Of a stretch of 64,000 nucleotides of DNA, positions 39,150 to 51,549 are shown piece by piece. Under the pieces are notes generated by a model that ran no database searches, was not told where the DNA came from, and saw only the letters and a list, made by a program, of their open reading frames with translations. Origin of the DNA: Squalus acanthias (taxonomy: Eukaryota); the NCBI GenBank assembly GCA_030390025.1, contig CM059432.1, forward strand, positions 112,470,001 to 112,534,000. Direction: 5' to 3'. Both the position numbers and the translations under genes were made by a program. Numbering within the stretch: position 1 is the stretch's first letter; every line of letters starts with the position of its first letter.

Positions 39150-39428
39150 AATATGGAGGCAGGAATCCGAGTTTAGGGAGAGGAGGAGATTTTTTTTTAC
39201 ACAGTGATTTGTTGTGATCTGGAACGCACTGCCTGAAAGGGTGGTGGGAGCAAATTCAATAGTAACATTCAAAAGAGAATTGGATATTTATTTGAAAAGG
39301 AAACATTTGCTGGACTTTAGGGAAAGAGCAGGGGAGTGGGACTAATTGGATAGCTGTTTCAAAGAACCAGCACAAGCACAATGGGCCAAATAGCCTCCTT
39401 CTGTGCTGTAAAATTTCATGATTCTCTG
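39150..39428 (+). mobile_element. CR1 3' end
   Basis: TGGAACGCACTGCCTGAAAGGGTGGTG...ATGATTCT tail, like 27238-27425 and 50360-50564. Confidence 0.85.
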
Positions 39429-40169
39429 TCTAAATAATGGAGCAGCTCAACACTCTCACCCCGTCGATTGATGGCTGGTGAGGTGGGAAGTGGTGAACAA
39501 TGAAATGCAAGACAGGAAGATGGGCGCGCCACTCCAGGGCTTCCTGACGATAGGACATAATTGCAGCAACTCTGGAAGGAAGAGGGCTCGAGGGTACAAC
39601 TGACAATTCTGCCACTAGCAAGCCCAGCGCTATGGCACATGGTAGCTCAGTGTCCTTGCAGCAGGTGGTATAGCTCTGCATCTGGCTGTCTGCTGACCAG
39701 GAGCCTGTGTATCCAGTCCTATGTACATGTTGTCCTGTAGATACATCTCTGACTATCAAAGTGCGTTGGAGGGTACTGGAAGATGGGTGCAGTCTGACTT
39801 TGTTGCAGCCAGGCTTGCCTAGCATCCCTCCATTGTCCCTCCTATTCTTCCTCCGAAAAGAAGAAAGTAAAGGGGATTCCTTTGGGAAACCCACTGAACA
39901 AGTGTTGTGGCTCATACTGGTAAATGACAGCTCAAAAACCACTTAGTACAAAGCCTTCTGACTGACTAGGTGGAAACAGGAAATAATCAAAATAAGGCAA
40001 GAAAAACTTCTGAAATAATTACAGTATGCTTTTACAAATCTTATTGGGCTCTTTAAATGCACTTCTTAAAGCATGACACCTAAAGAACCCTGCACACCCC
40101 TTTAATATGGATAAGTAGATGATTCAGTGCTATATTGAGGAAAACACCAGGAAATTGTGTGGACACTAG

Positions 40170-40814
40170 GGGGGAGAAATTCAGTAGTGCCCAGGAAGGG
40201 GCGCTAACTTTTGAGAAGTTGGAAATTTAGCGCCAGGCGCTAATCAATCTCGCTGCCCGCTAAATTCAGTCTCAGTGCTCAAAGAATGCGGGGGAGCGCT
40301 AAATCAGGTGCTAATGACGTAGGTGAATAGCGTTAGGCTCCAAGCGATAATGAATATGAGGTGTTGTGTAATCGGGATTGAGCATTGGCGCAAGCTCCTT
40401 CCAGCCATTCAAGGGGAGGGTCACTGGAATCTGCACACCAGCCCCCAATGATTCGGGGAATGCAGAACAGCGATATGCTGTTAGATGAAATGCAAAGTGC
40501 TTTGATGACCCGCAACACTCCGGGGACTAAGCAGCCTTTATTTGGCTGCAGATACATCCTACGCTCTCTGCCACTCATAACTGACCTTTGGAACGGAAGT
40601 TCCTTGCCAGCTGGGGCGCATCCCTTTACGTAGCACCCCGCTAGCCGGCTGGTTCACGCCTCCGCTCCCTGGCGCTGTAGGCACGAGGCGGTAAGGTGGG
40701 GGCACTTAGTTTGCAGATCGGGACCAAGGTGCTAACTGTTATCGCTGTGCAGCGCAGGATTCACCCCACCGCCAGGCGCTAACTGGGGGCGCTAACCTCC
40801 TGAATTTCACCCCC
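40170..40814. mobile_element. Harbinger-type MITE, 645 bp, TAG TSD
   Basis: TIR GGGGGAGAAATTCAG vs reverse complement GGGGGTGAAATTCAG (14/15). TAG at 40167-69 and 40815-17. Repeated subterminal G(C/T)GCTAA motifs. Confidence 0.85.
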
Positions 40815-41789
40815 TAGATGTCCACACAATTTCCTGGTGGTTTCATCCTAAATGATATCATAGAGGCCTAATTTTAATATAATTATCTCAAAACTGGCAG
40901 TCAGTCCTGGCACGAGTACAAAAACCACCCAGAAAATTGGATGAGGTGCTAAATGGATGGAAATCTGGTGTAAAGGATCTCCACCCTTTTTTTCAATCGA
41001 TTACACCCTCTTTATGCCTGTTAATTCGGTGCAACTAATTGGAAAATCTTCAGTGTTTCTTTAAGCAAAGATTGCAGAAACTGTAAGCCTAGAAATTGCT
41101 TTGGTGTGCTATTGAGCATTGCTTTGGGGTTTCGAGGGTTACACCGAAAGTTACTTAACACATTTCAATTGGTGCAGTAAAAAGTGTGCTTTAATGCCCG
41201 CACAGCGAGGCATCCAATAAAGTGGCAGAATCAATAATCCTGATAATCAGTTGTGAACTACAATTACGAGCCATTTAAGCAGTTGTTAACTGAGCAAAAT
41301 TGATTAAGAATGGGATGTTAGAGTGAGAAAAGGCAGGTTTACTGCCCAGACACTGTAAACCTTACTGCAACCAGCAAAGGGAGAGGAGGAACACAATTTA
41401 TGAGACTGGTGACCTCCCACAGAAGCACTTGGTGTCGCAGCAATGGAAGGAGTTATAAGAAAGCAGCCAGGACCAGTAAGCCACCCTAGTATTGTGGACA
41501 TGGCTGACTTAGATGTAGCGCGCTTGCAGTGCACAGCCCGAGCGAGTTAGGACCACCAGAATCCCAGCAGGCTGTCAGTGAAACTTGCTCTTTGTACAAG
41601 GGAATCACTAGAAGGAGTAGTAAATTGGTTGTCACACATCTGAAACAAAGTGCACACGCAAATTAATCTGACAGCATTTAAACACTAAGCAACGGATTAA
41701 ATCTACTGCACTTGATTTGATTATTTTACTGAGTATTTACTTGTCGTTGGTTGCAATAAAGCAGGATCCCAGTATAACCTATGGCAAGT

Positions 41790-42320
41790 ATATACCTAAG
41801 GAAGGATATACTTGCCACAGAGGGAGTGCAACGAAAGTTCACCAGACTGATTCCTGGGATGGGGGGATTGTCCTATGAGGACAGATTGAGTAGACTAGGC
41901 CTATATTCTCTAGAGTTTAGAAGAATGAGAGGTGATCTCATTGAAACATACAAAATTCTTACAGGGCTTGACAGGGTAGATGCAGGGAGGATGTTTCCCC
42001 TTGGCTGGGGAGTCTAGAACCAGGGGTCACAGTCTCAGAATAAGGGGTCGGCCATTTAGGACTGAGATGAGGAGAAATTTCTTCACTCAGAGGGTGGTGA
42101 AACTTTGGAATTCTCTACCCCAGAGGCCTGTGGAGGCTCAGTCGTTGAGTATATTCAAGACAGAGATCGATAGATTTTTGAATATTAAGGGAATCAAGAG
42201 ATATGGGGATAGTTCAGGAAAGTGGAGATGAGGTAGAAGATCAGCCATGATCTTATTGAATGGCGGAGCAGGCTCGAAGAGCCAAATTGCCTACTCCTGC
42301 TCCTATTTCTTATGTTCTTA
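41790..42320 (+). mobile_element. CR1 3' end
   Basis: ORFs 41781 and 41980 encode the CR1 C-terminus; TTCTTATG tail repeats. Confidence 0.92.
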
Positions 42321-42499
42321 TAACAGGGCAATAGATAGTATTCAAAGAACTGACCATGAGATTTCAGCACGGTAACTTTACAGATGTGGTTTTTATTTTG
42401 AAGAAATCGTGTAGGTGTGGTGTATCTTGAAATAGTGCCTGGCACACCAGTCTTCTTTGATGCATTGCTAGTTCAGAAGCTAATTCCTCAATGTAATTT

Positions 42500-44512
42500 T
42501 CACACTCGTAGCCATCCTGGTCATCAATCTGCATGGCGACATTTATGGAGCATGTAGCAGAGGCAGGCCCGCTCAGTCAACATATCTGAAATGCTACGTT
42601 AAAATCCCTGTAGTATATTCAATAATAATTTTGATTGTTGCATGAGCCCCATTGTACTTGTACTCTACTTCTGTCTGTGATTGATGTAGAGGTGTCCTGA
42701 GCCGTGGCTGAAGAGGGCAGCCTTGGTCTCCCAGAAACCATTCTTCCACTCTTTCATTCCCTTCAAACAAGGGTGGTATATAAGAACATAAAAACATAAG
42801 AAATAGGAGAAGGAGTTGGCCTTTGAGCCTGCTGCACCATTCAATAAAATCATGGCTGATCTTCTACCTCATCTCCACCTTCCCCCATATCCCTTGATTT
42901 CCTTAATATCTAAAAATCTATCGATCTCTGTCTTGAATATACTCAACGACTGAGCATCCACAGCCCCCTGGGGTAGAGAATTCCAAAGATTCACCACACT
43001 CTGAGTGAAGAAATTTCACATTCTCATCTCAGTCCTGAATGGCTGACCCCTTATTCTGAGACTGTAACCCCAAGTTCTAGACTCCCCAGCCAGGGGAAAC
43101 ATCCTCTCTGCATCTAGCCTGTCAAGCCCTATAAGAATTTTATATGTTGCAATGAGATCACCTCTCATTCTTCTAAATTCTAGGGAATATAGGCCTTGTC
43201 TCTTCAATCTCTCCTCATAGGACAATCCCCCATCCCAGGAATCAGTCTGGTGAACCTTCGTTGCACTCCGTCTAAGACAATTATATCCTTCCTTAGGTAA
43301 GGAGACCAAAACTGTACACAATACTCCAGGTGCGGTCTCACCAGGGCCCTACATGATTGCAGTAAGAATTCTTTACTCTTAGACTCCAATCCTTTTGTAA
43401 TAAAGGCTACCATACCATTTGCTTTCCTAATTGCTTGCTGTACCTGCATGTTAACTTTCAGTGATTCGTGTACAAGGACACCCAGGTCCCCCTGAACACC
43501 AACATTTCCCAATCTCTCACCATTGTAAAAAATACTCTGCTTTGCTATTTTTCCTACCAAAGTGGATAACTTCACATTTCTCCACATTATATTCCATCTG
43601 CCATGTTCTTGCCAACTCATTTAACCTGTCTATTGTCCCATTGCAGCCTCTTTGCATCCTCCTCACAACTTACTTACCCACCAAGCTTTGTATTGTCAGC
43701 AAACTTGGATGCATTACACTCGGTCCCTCATCTAAGTCATTGATATAGATTGTAACTGGCTGAGGCCCAAGCACTGATCCTTGCGGTGCTCCACTAGTTA
43801 CAGCCTGCCAACCTGAAAATGACCCGTTTATTCCTACTCTCTGTTCTCTGTCCGTTAACTAATCATAAATCCATGCTAATATATTATCCCCAATCCCATG
43901 AGCCCTAATTTTGTGTAATAACCTGTTGTATGGCACCTTATTGAATGATTTCTGAAAATCCAAATATATTCCTTCTTATCTACCCGCCTAGTTACATCCT
44001 CAAAAAACTTTTAGCATATTTGTCAAACACGATTTCCCTTTCAGAAATCCGTGTTGACTCCGGCATAGATGATAACCGTAAAAAAAAAGTTCCCAGGGAA
44101 AGAAGGATGGTTCTGTGCTGGTTGTTGCATGCCAATTGACCATTGAGAGAATAAAATCCCTTTAGGATCATTTAGGGCAGTTGTGCACAGGAGCCTGAAT
44201 GACAACGTAGGTGCATTTGATCGTCCTCTGGGCTCTGGGAAAGCCAGCAAATCTGTAGAATTGCGTTACTTGCTCATGTTGCTGTCTTTGATATGGTGAA
44301 AGTGATGAAGTTGTTGACCCTCTTTTGTACATCTTTGGATAGCAAGCTGCTACTGCATATGTATTTAGGGCTAGCTTGGAAAGAGTCTGATGCATAAAAA
44401 CTAAGGGCCATGGTTGAGTGCCATTGTACCTTATCCGTAAATCTTCCTGAAGAAGATCGCAGAGTTCCATCACAGCCTTCCTGCTAAGCTTCATTGTTTC
44501 CATCATCTCCAA
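42500..44512 (-). pseudogene. Harbinger (HARBI1-like) DDE transposase remnant in two pieces, 44512-44065 and 42780-42500
   Basis: LSRKAVMELCDLLQEDL; FYRFAGFPRAQRTIKCTYVVIQAP; GFYSLNGQLACNQHRTIL; then WFLGDQGCPLQPRLRTPL...YNGAHATIKIIIEYTTGIL. These are recognisable degenerate Harbinger motifs. Confidence 0.8.
42781..44060 (-). mobile_element. CR1 RT/3' fragment inserted in the Harbinger transposase
   Basis: ORFs 43016 and 43204; tail at 42781. Confidence 0.92.
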
Positions 44513-45604
44513 GACTACCTGTTATGTTAGATCTGCTTTTGTTGTGTGCCAACAGAACCTAATAGTACACCTTGCATGCAGCCAAACTTCTTCCCTCTTC
44601 TTGCTGGTCCTGCCAATTGCAGTGTTACTGAATGTAATACAAATAGTGTCAAAAAAACTTGAAGTTGAAGGTCAAGTATGCAGCAGTTCACCTTTCAGCC
44701 TCTGCAATAATACCAATTCAATATGAGGGCTAGCAGCTCATTGCATGTGCAGTGCATTACCTTTGGAATACGGAGTCTTATGTTCTTAACAAGCTATTAT
44801 AGTGGTAATAACAGGATTAATGACTAACACACATCTTCAGCTATTTAGCGCACAGAATCAATTCAGTCCACAGCAATTTTACAGCATTTGGGAAACAGGC
44901 AATAAACGTGGGCTAAATAGTATTTACTAAATTACCGATCAGTAACACTACCATACCACAAGTGGCAGGCTAAATGCCAACAGTAGTTTCCAGGCAATGG
45001 AGTATAAATTGGGGCCTGAAGAAATGTTCCCATTCACAGTTTGTCCAGCAAAGTCTGTCCTGTATTACAAATGAGAAGGTGAGATATGTACACACCATCA
45101 GTGTGTACCATTGATATTCATCAAGTAAAATAAAAGTTATTCATCTACTTGAGCTTTTGAATAGAGATTAATTCTGAGCATCATCTTACTGAAGGGCCAC
45201 TCTCAGAAATGCTGAAGTGAGTGGACGTGGGTTTGCGACTGTGATTTTCCACACAGCAAGTTCCTGATTTCAAATGGGTTGTAGCCCATTGGAGTTCAGG
45301 CATTTCCACACAGGAACTGGAGGATAAAAACTGTAGAACAATAGTTTATTTAAACTATTAATTTGAATAGAGCTCCTTCATTTGACATACCGATTCCGGG
45401 AAAGCCCTACCTCCAAAAAACATTTATTTGATTTCTGCTGCTCAGCAGCAGTAGCACGTGAGAGAACAGCGCTGATTTCCAGCTCTGGCAGCATTCCACA
45501 TCCAGATGTCTAGAGCAGCAGGTCTGCCAAGGGGCGCAGATGAAAGGGAAGTGGGCTGCAAATGATTGCTTCACCCCCCTCCCTGGGCTTGATTATGGGT
45601 ACTA

Positions 45605-45900
45605 CAGGTTGAGCGTCCCGAATCCGGCAACCTCGGGACCGAGGCCGAGCCTGGTTTTCGGGTTTTTCCGGACTTCGGAACGTGTTTCTGATGTCCGAAG
45701 TCCGGAAACGCCCGAGCCCAGGTTGCGATATTATCGGACATCAGAAACACGTGCCGAGTCCGGAAATGCCTGGGCACAGGTTGCGCTATTTCCGGTTTTT
45801 GGTAAGCCTCCCTCAGGATGTCCGGATTCTGGAACATTTTACGGATTCCTGCCACCAATTGTTCCGGATTCCGGAACTCCGATTTGGGACGCTCAACCTG
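45605..45900. mobile_element. Tigger/mariner-type MITE, 296 bp, TA TSD
   Basis: TIR CAGGTTGAGCGTCCC(G/A)AATC (19/20). TA at 45603-04 and 45901-02. Confidence 0.92.
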
Positions 45901-46419
45901 TACTGATATACAGAGGTAGTGCCAATTGTCACAAACAAGAATTAGGGAAGAGGCTTGGATTTACCAATTGACTTTTTGTCTCTCCTTTGTAACTAAACAA
46001 TTTGCTAACCCTCTCTTGTCAAACTATCTGAATTTATGAAGGGGTTCATGCAAAAATTGACTTAAGGGTTTATGCAAAATTATTGTAGTAATGGACTCTG
46101 CGCTCTGGCAGTAATGCCTAGCACTGTCACAGATAGTAACTGATTGAAGTTAACTACTGAATTTTCCTTTTGGATCAAGCAATTGAATATTTGATCTACT
46201 GAATGAAAATAACTAACTATGAACTTCTTACTGCCTGTATTCAAGTTTTACTATGTTAGAAGGCGCCCCTTATGTAGGTGAATAAGCATCTGGAAAACTT
46301 GATTAGTGGTCTATCTATCTAACCACAGCTTTGGCACTTTTCCTGGAGGGAAAGCACTCACTGTAAACTGTTCTTCTATCCAGAGAAGCCATCTTTGTGC
46401 ATTGTGTTTTGTTATTTAG

Positions 46420-46509
46420 GTGATGAAGATGGCAGTCGGGAAACAGCAGAATCAGATGGAGAAAAGCCAGGCCAGTCTAATTTGGAGCTGGAAGATTGGA
46501 ATGGACCAG
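46420..46509 (+). CDS. ZFPM2: Internal coding exon (90 nt, phase 1-1) equivalent to exon 3 of ZFPM2/FOG2 (friend of GATA 2)
   Basis: Acceptor ttgtgttttgttatttag, donor CAG|gtatgt. Peptide [30 protein letters not shown] resembles, from recall, human FOG2 [34 protein letters not shown]. Confidence 0.88.
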
Positions 46510-46929
46510 GTATGTCTCAGCTTTCCACCATCTATTTTTATTTCTGTTTTGTTGCTAATCTGAATGATACTTTGTCAGATGATCAAATTACATGTTGAGG
46601 CTAATCGTTAACATTGGTATCCTAAGCCTGTGAAAAAATATGCTGCTTGTGTCGAATTAGCTTTTGAATCTTTGCAATAATATGTAGCAGACATAGAAGG
46701 TCACATAGCATGCTGTGCGATGTACTAAGTGCCATTTTAAGGACAGAGGATGCCCTCATTTGAGGAGAGTGGAATTTGTTTATGTCAAACTAATTACTAA
46801 AAGGGTGAAAATAGGTGTCTGACTCTGAGCAAGGCTCTCTGACCACTAAGAAAATCTGCTTTTTTTAAAACTGGTTATGAGGGATCCAGCCCTATGTTTT
46901 AATATTCTTATCAATTTGATCTAAATGAG

Positions 46930-47625
46930 TCAGGCCCAACAAGAGGGAAGCCAAATTGGAACTGCTGAAATGGCTGTCAAAAAACCAATGGCCAAGAAAA
47001 TTTGTACTCGCCACAGAACTCTGCAGCTGACCCTGCAAAGTTCATGGGGTCAGGAAGAGTGCCTCTAGGATGATGCCCTCAGGGTTTTGGGGGCACCTAT
47101 TCCCCAACCCTGGCTGAAGATCCCCAAAATGCTGGTGTAAGCTGACTGGCCCAGAGGAGGTGCTGGGTTCTCCCCCCATCCCACACCCCCGCCAAAGAAC
47201 AATTTTGCTGACCCCATGACAACCTTAACATGTAAAAAAAAAAATTGACCCCCCCCCCCCACCCCCCCGCCCCATCCTGGGTGTCCAAGCCCCAACCCTG
47301 GCCTGAACCCGCAGGTCAGCCCCACTTCTGCCGGTTTCGGTGAGGTGACGCCAGGTGTACTTGCGCCGATGTTACACCAGGCCCAAACTGAAGGCCAGGG
47401 CCCAGAAATTCCCAACCGAGAGAGTCCTTGCCCTGGCCCCAATCCTTTCCCCACTATCCCCCTATGCCACTTGCCTTGTAGGGGCGAATACAAGGCCATA
47501 CAGGAAACTTTGCCTTAAGGCTAGGATATGGCATATCTGGATCGCGGCTAAGTTTGTGGCTGTGCCAGTGGACTCCCACCCAACTTACAGAAGGAATCCG
47601 TCGGAACTGCCGAGCAAATTTGAAG
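46930..47625. mobile_element. MITE-like repeat, degenerate
   Basis: Contains a reverse-oriented CCTCCTCTGGGCCA motif and C-runs similar to the 2111-8256 and 16205-17314 elements. Ends unclear. Confidence 0.35.
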
Positions 47626-48873
47626 GTAATGGTGAAAATAAGAAATAACTGAAATTGCTAGAAATACTCAGCTCTACATAAGGAGATTGGGTAAAGTTTG
47701 GTTAAAATATCACAAAATACCTTTTGTCTGAACTCAATTTCAGCTTCAAACACTTTTTAATGTTTTAACAATCACAGGCGATGTGCAGATTATCTTTCAT
47801 ATTTTTAATGTTGGCAAAGAGGAGACATTATGACAAGCTCTTTAAGAACATTAAAAATTTTATCCTCATTGCAAGATTTTTCAGTGGGTCTTTATGCATG
47901 AGCAGAACTACCCTTTGTCCAAGTACACAGCATTGTGGAGCTGGCAGTATAATGGTGCTACAGGCTTGCAGCTCTCTAACATGGGTACCAGTCTCAATCT
48001 GCTGCACTATAAAGGAGGTAATATAGAAATGTGTGCGGGTCTCTCTTGGCATGCCCGGGATCACATCTTTTCTTTTTCTATTAAAATGAATGGATTTCTC
48101 CTTTGTGGGGAGTCGAGACTTCTGTAAGCTCCCTTTGGGGCTCTTTGCACAATCAGAATCCTCGTGCCTTTAATTGTCATTTACAGACTTTTAGCATTGT
48201 ACAATTAGGAATATTGGAAAAAGACACAACCTTTCCACTCCATAGGTAGACTAAAACAGAAACTTAAAAAGAAATATTTAGCATTTAAGAATAGGTCAGA
48301 TAGGTGGTTAAAGGAAGGGGTGAGGGGTGGGGAATTTAAAGGGATGTGGGAACAGGATGGGCACATGAAATTAGCACTACTGCTCATGTGGAGCACCTGC
48401 GTGGACTGGTTGGGCTTGTTTCTGTGTCTAATTTCTGTGTAATCTTTTGGCTCTGTACCCTATCCTGTTGTACTAATCAAGGTCTAATTTGAATATATTT
48501 TGCTTTTTTTGATAGCATATTAGGGAATTTGAGTGTTTTGTACAGGAGTGAAACATGACAGGGTAAATTGACTGATCTCAGTGAGAGCCATGCTGGAAGG
48601 GAATGCGTGTTGGCGAACTGGCAACTCGCTCTAGCACGTGCTCCTTTAGAGGGTAGCACCCCCGCTGGGAGCGTGGGGTCGAATAAGTTATTTTGATACT
48701 TTTAGTCTTTATTTTTGAGTAGAGCTTGATTGTAGTTCAGTAGAAACATCCATTATTAAAATTTAAATATTCTGGAGAATCAACAGTGATGTTAATTGTT
48801 GCTACCCATGATGTGATGCTATCCGTCTCTGGTGTCTATGGTTTAGAGCAGTTGATGGTATTACCAATACATA

Positions 48874-49704
48874 GGGGGTGATTTTCTCAATGGGAAGCTT
48901 TTGGAGGCGGGACTCCCAATTGTCGGGTTTCAGTCCCGCCTCCATCAGCTTCTGGCCAACCAGCGGGATTTTCTCCTGATTGACCTTGTTGAGCCCGCCG
49001 GACGGGCTCAGCAGGCCAATTAGGGCGAAGCCAGTTGCAGAGCACGTCAACGTATGACGTGTCATCTGTCAAGAATTTTTGAAAGAAGAAATGTCATTGT
49101 TTGACAGCTCTATGAAGCTGTCAAACACTGACATTCTGTGTAGTTTAATGATTCATTGTGTTCAGGACTCATCAAACCTTTCTACTTTGTAGAAATCAGA
49201 TGACTGTTGCATCGGAGGATGCAGCAGCCAGTCTGTGATCTCTACAATGGAGATGTCGGGGACTCCGGCTCCACAGCGGCTGAAGGCTGCAGGAAGAAAC
49301 AAAGGTAAGTACACTTTTAAAAACACTTAGGACTTACCTCAGATACTCACCTCTACAGTCTTGCACCCGTCACTTACCTTCACACCACACTTTTGCACCC
49401 CCCCCCCGCCGCAGACCCACTACTCGCCTCGGTGACCCTGGCGGGTTTTGGAGCCTTCGGGGAGCCCACACTTGTGAGGGCAAAAACGGGATAATCCTAT
49501 TTTCTGCTTGTTAACTACCTGTTAACAGGCAGTTAATAGGCTTTAATCCCTTCCCACCTCCAAGGAGACGGGACTCGGCGCGGGACGGCTACCCGCCTCC
49601 TGGGAAGATGGCATGGAGGTGGGTTGGGGGCGGGTTTGCCACCCGCCCCCAAATTCTGCCATTTTCCCGGCAGTCGCCTCCTCGGGGCTGAGAAAATCGC
49701 CCCC
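48874..49704. mobile_element. Harbinger-type MITE, 831 bp, ATA TSD
   Basis: TIR GGGGGTGATTTTCTCA vs reverse complement GGGGGCGATTTTCTCA (15/16). ATA at 48871-73 and 49705-07. Confidence 0.88.
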
Positions 49705-49707
49705 ATA

Positions 49708-50564
49708 GTTTGCAGAAGAAATGAAACTTGGAAATGTAGTAAACAATGAGGAGGATAGTAACAGACTTCAGGAGCACATAGACAGACTTGACATGGGCAG
49801 ACACATGGCAGATGAAATTTAATACAGGGAAGTGTGAAATGATATATTTTGATAGGAAGAATGAGGAGAGGCAATATGAACTAAATGATACAATTTTAAA
49901 GGGGGTGCAGGAACAGAGAGACCTGCGAGTGTACGTACACAAATCTTTGAAAGTGACAGGACAAGTTGAGAAGGCTGTTAAAAAAGCACATGGGCTCCTT
50001 TGCTTTATTAATAGAGGAATAGAGTACAAAAGCAAGGAGGTTCTGCTAAACCTTTATAAATCACTGGTTAGGCCTCAGCTGGAGTATTGTGTTCAACTCT
50101 GGGTACCACACTTTAGGAAGGATGTCAAGGCCTTAGGGAGGGCATGAGGGACTTCAGTTATGTGGAGAAACTGGAGAAGCTGGGGTTGTTCTCCATAGAG
50201 CAGAGAAGGTCAAGAGGAGATTTGATAGAGGTGTTCAAAATCATAAAGGGTTTTGATAGAATAAATAAGGAGAAACTGTTTCCAGTGGCAGGAGGGCTGG
50301 TAACCAGAGGACACAGTGGTTGGCAAAAGGACCAGAGGGCGATATGAGGAAACATTGTTGTGATCTGGAATGCACTGTCTGAAAGGGTGGTGGAAGCAGA
50401 TTCAATAGTAACTTTCAAAAGGGAATTGGATAAATACTAGAAGGGAAAAAAATTACAGGGCTATGGGGAAAGAGCGGGGAGTAAGGCCTAGCTCTACCAA
50501 AGAGCTGGCACAGGCACGATGGGCCGAATGGCCGCCTTCTGTGCTGTATCATTCTATGATTCTA
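49708..50564 (+). mobile_element. CR1 3' fragment
   Basis: ORFs 49788 and 50144; tail ATTCTATGATTCTA. Confidence 0.92.
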
Positions 50565-51549
50565 CAGCACACCTGTAGGAGTGAACTGCACGGGATTGTT
50601 TAAAAATGTGCAATAAAAAAAATACTTTAACATTCAGGCGCACATTTTTAAGAAGTTATGCACACTTTATTACAGTTTGTAGCTATTAATAGGCTCAAGG
50701 CTTTGTTTTAGTAAAAGCATCTGATGTGTATTTTAGAGTACACTGCAGCTTTCAGAATTGTTACATTGTGCAAAAGCTTTAATTTTTTTCTGATTTTTGG
50801 CAGAACATTTTCTACCAACACAAATTGTAATTTACTTTTTGCCATTGAATAAGTTGTTCCTTGGTTTAACTCGAAAGATGAAGGACAGGACAGGCAGATT
50901 TTATTTGAAGGAGGAAGGAGACAAAGACCTGGGCCCTTGAAATTCCGCAGGGGTCCTGCTGGTTTGCTGCGGTAACTCCGGTGGAACACCAAAGAAAATG
51001 GCTGCCCTTTTTCTTGGGGTTCCGCCGCCTCTAGCCGGAGTTACAGCGGGAGACAAGGAGAGCCCCTGCGGGCACTGATGTCTTTGTTGTTAAAAATGTA
51101 TATTTTTTGTGTCATTAAGATGAGAGATATCTATATTGTGAAGGAAACATTTTACCACGTTTCACACATTATCAAGTGCAGTACACCCAAATTAGGCATA
51201 TCACAGGTAAGATACATTGATTCTGCCTCAACAGTATGCCTCAATCTCAGCCTAAGAAGACAATGCATACTGCACCATAGTGACATTTTCATTTCTCACA
51301 ATTTGCTAATTGTTCCCAGCTTTGTGTGACAAGTTATAGGCAATTTTATGTTATGGATGTGTGTCCATTAAGGACTGGATTGAGACTGGCCCTAACTTCT
51401 TGCACGTGGAACCCAGCAGAGAGAGGGATGGAGAGGTGTGACTTTCATTCTGTGCAGACTTCTACAAGAGTGAATAGCAGCACAAGATTGCTCAAGCATG
51501 ATTCCATATCTGTGTCAGAAACAAAATGGCTGCTTCAACTGTATCAATT

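Larger units (their letters stand above)
41087..44995 (-). mobile_element. Old Harbinger element with a transposase pseudogene, interrupted by two CR1s
   Basis: Weak TIR GCCTAGAAATTGCT vs reverse complement GCCTGGAAACTACT (11/14). Transposase fragments inside. Confidence 0.55.

Noticed and set aside
39430..39946. 170-aa and 79-aa ORFs in a GC-richer unexplained segment
   Set aside because: No recognisable domain or convincing splice sites. Possibly a decayed TE, but it could not be assigned.
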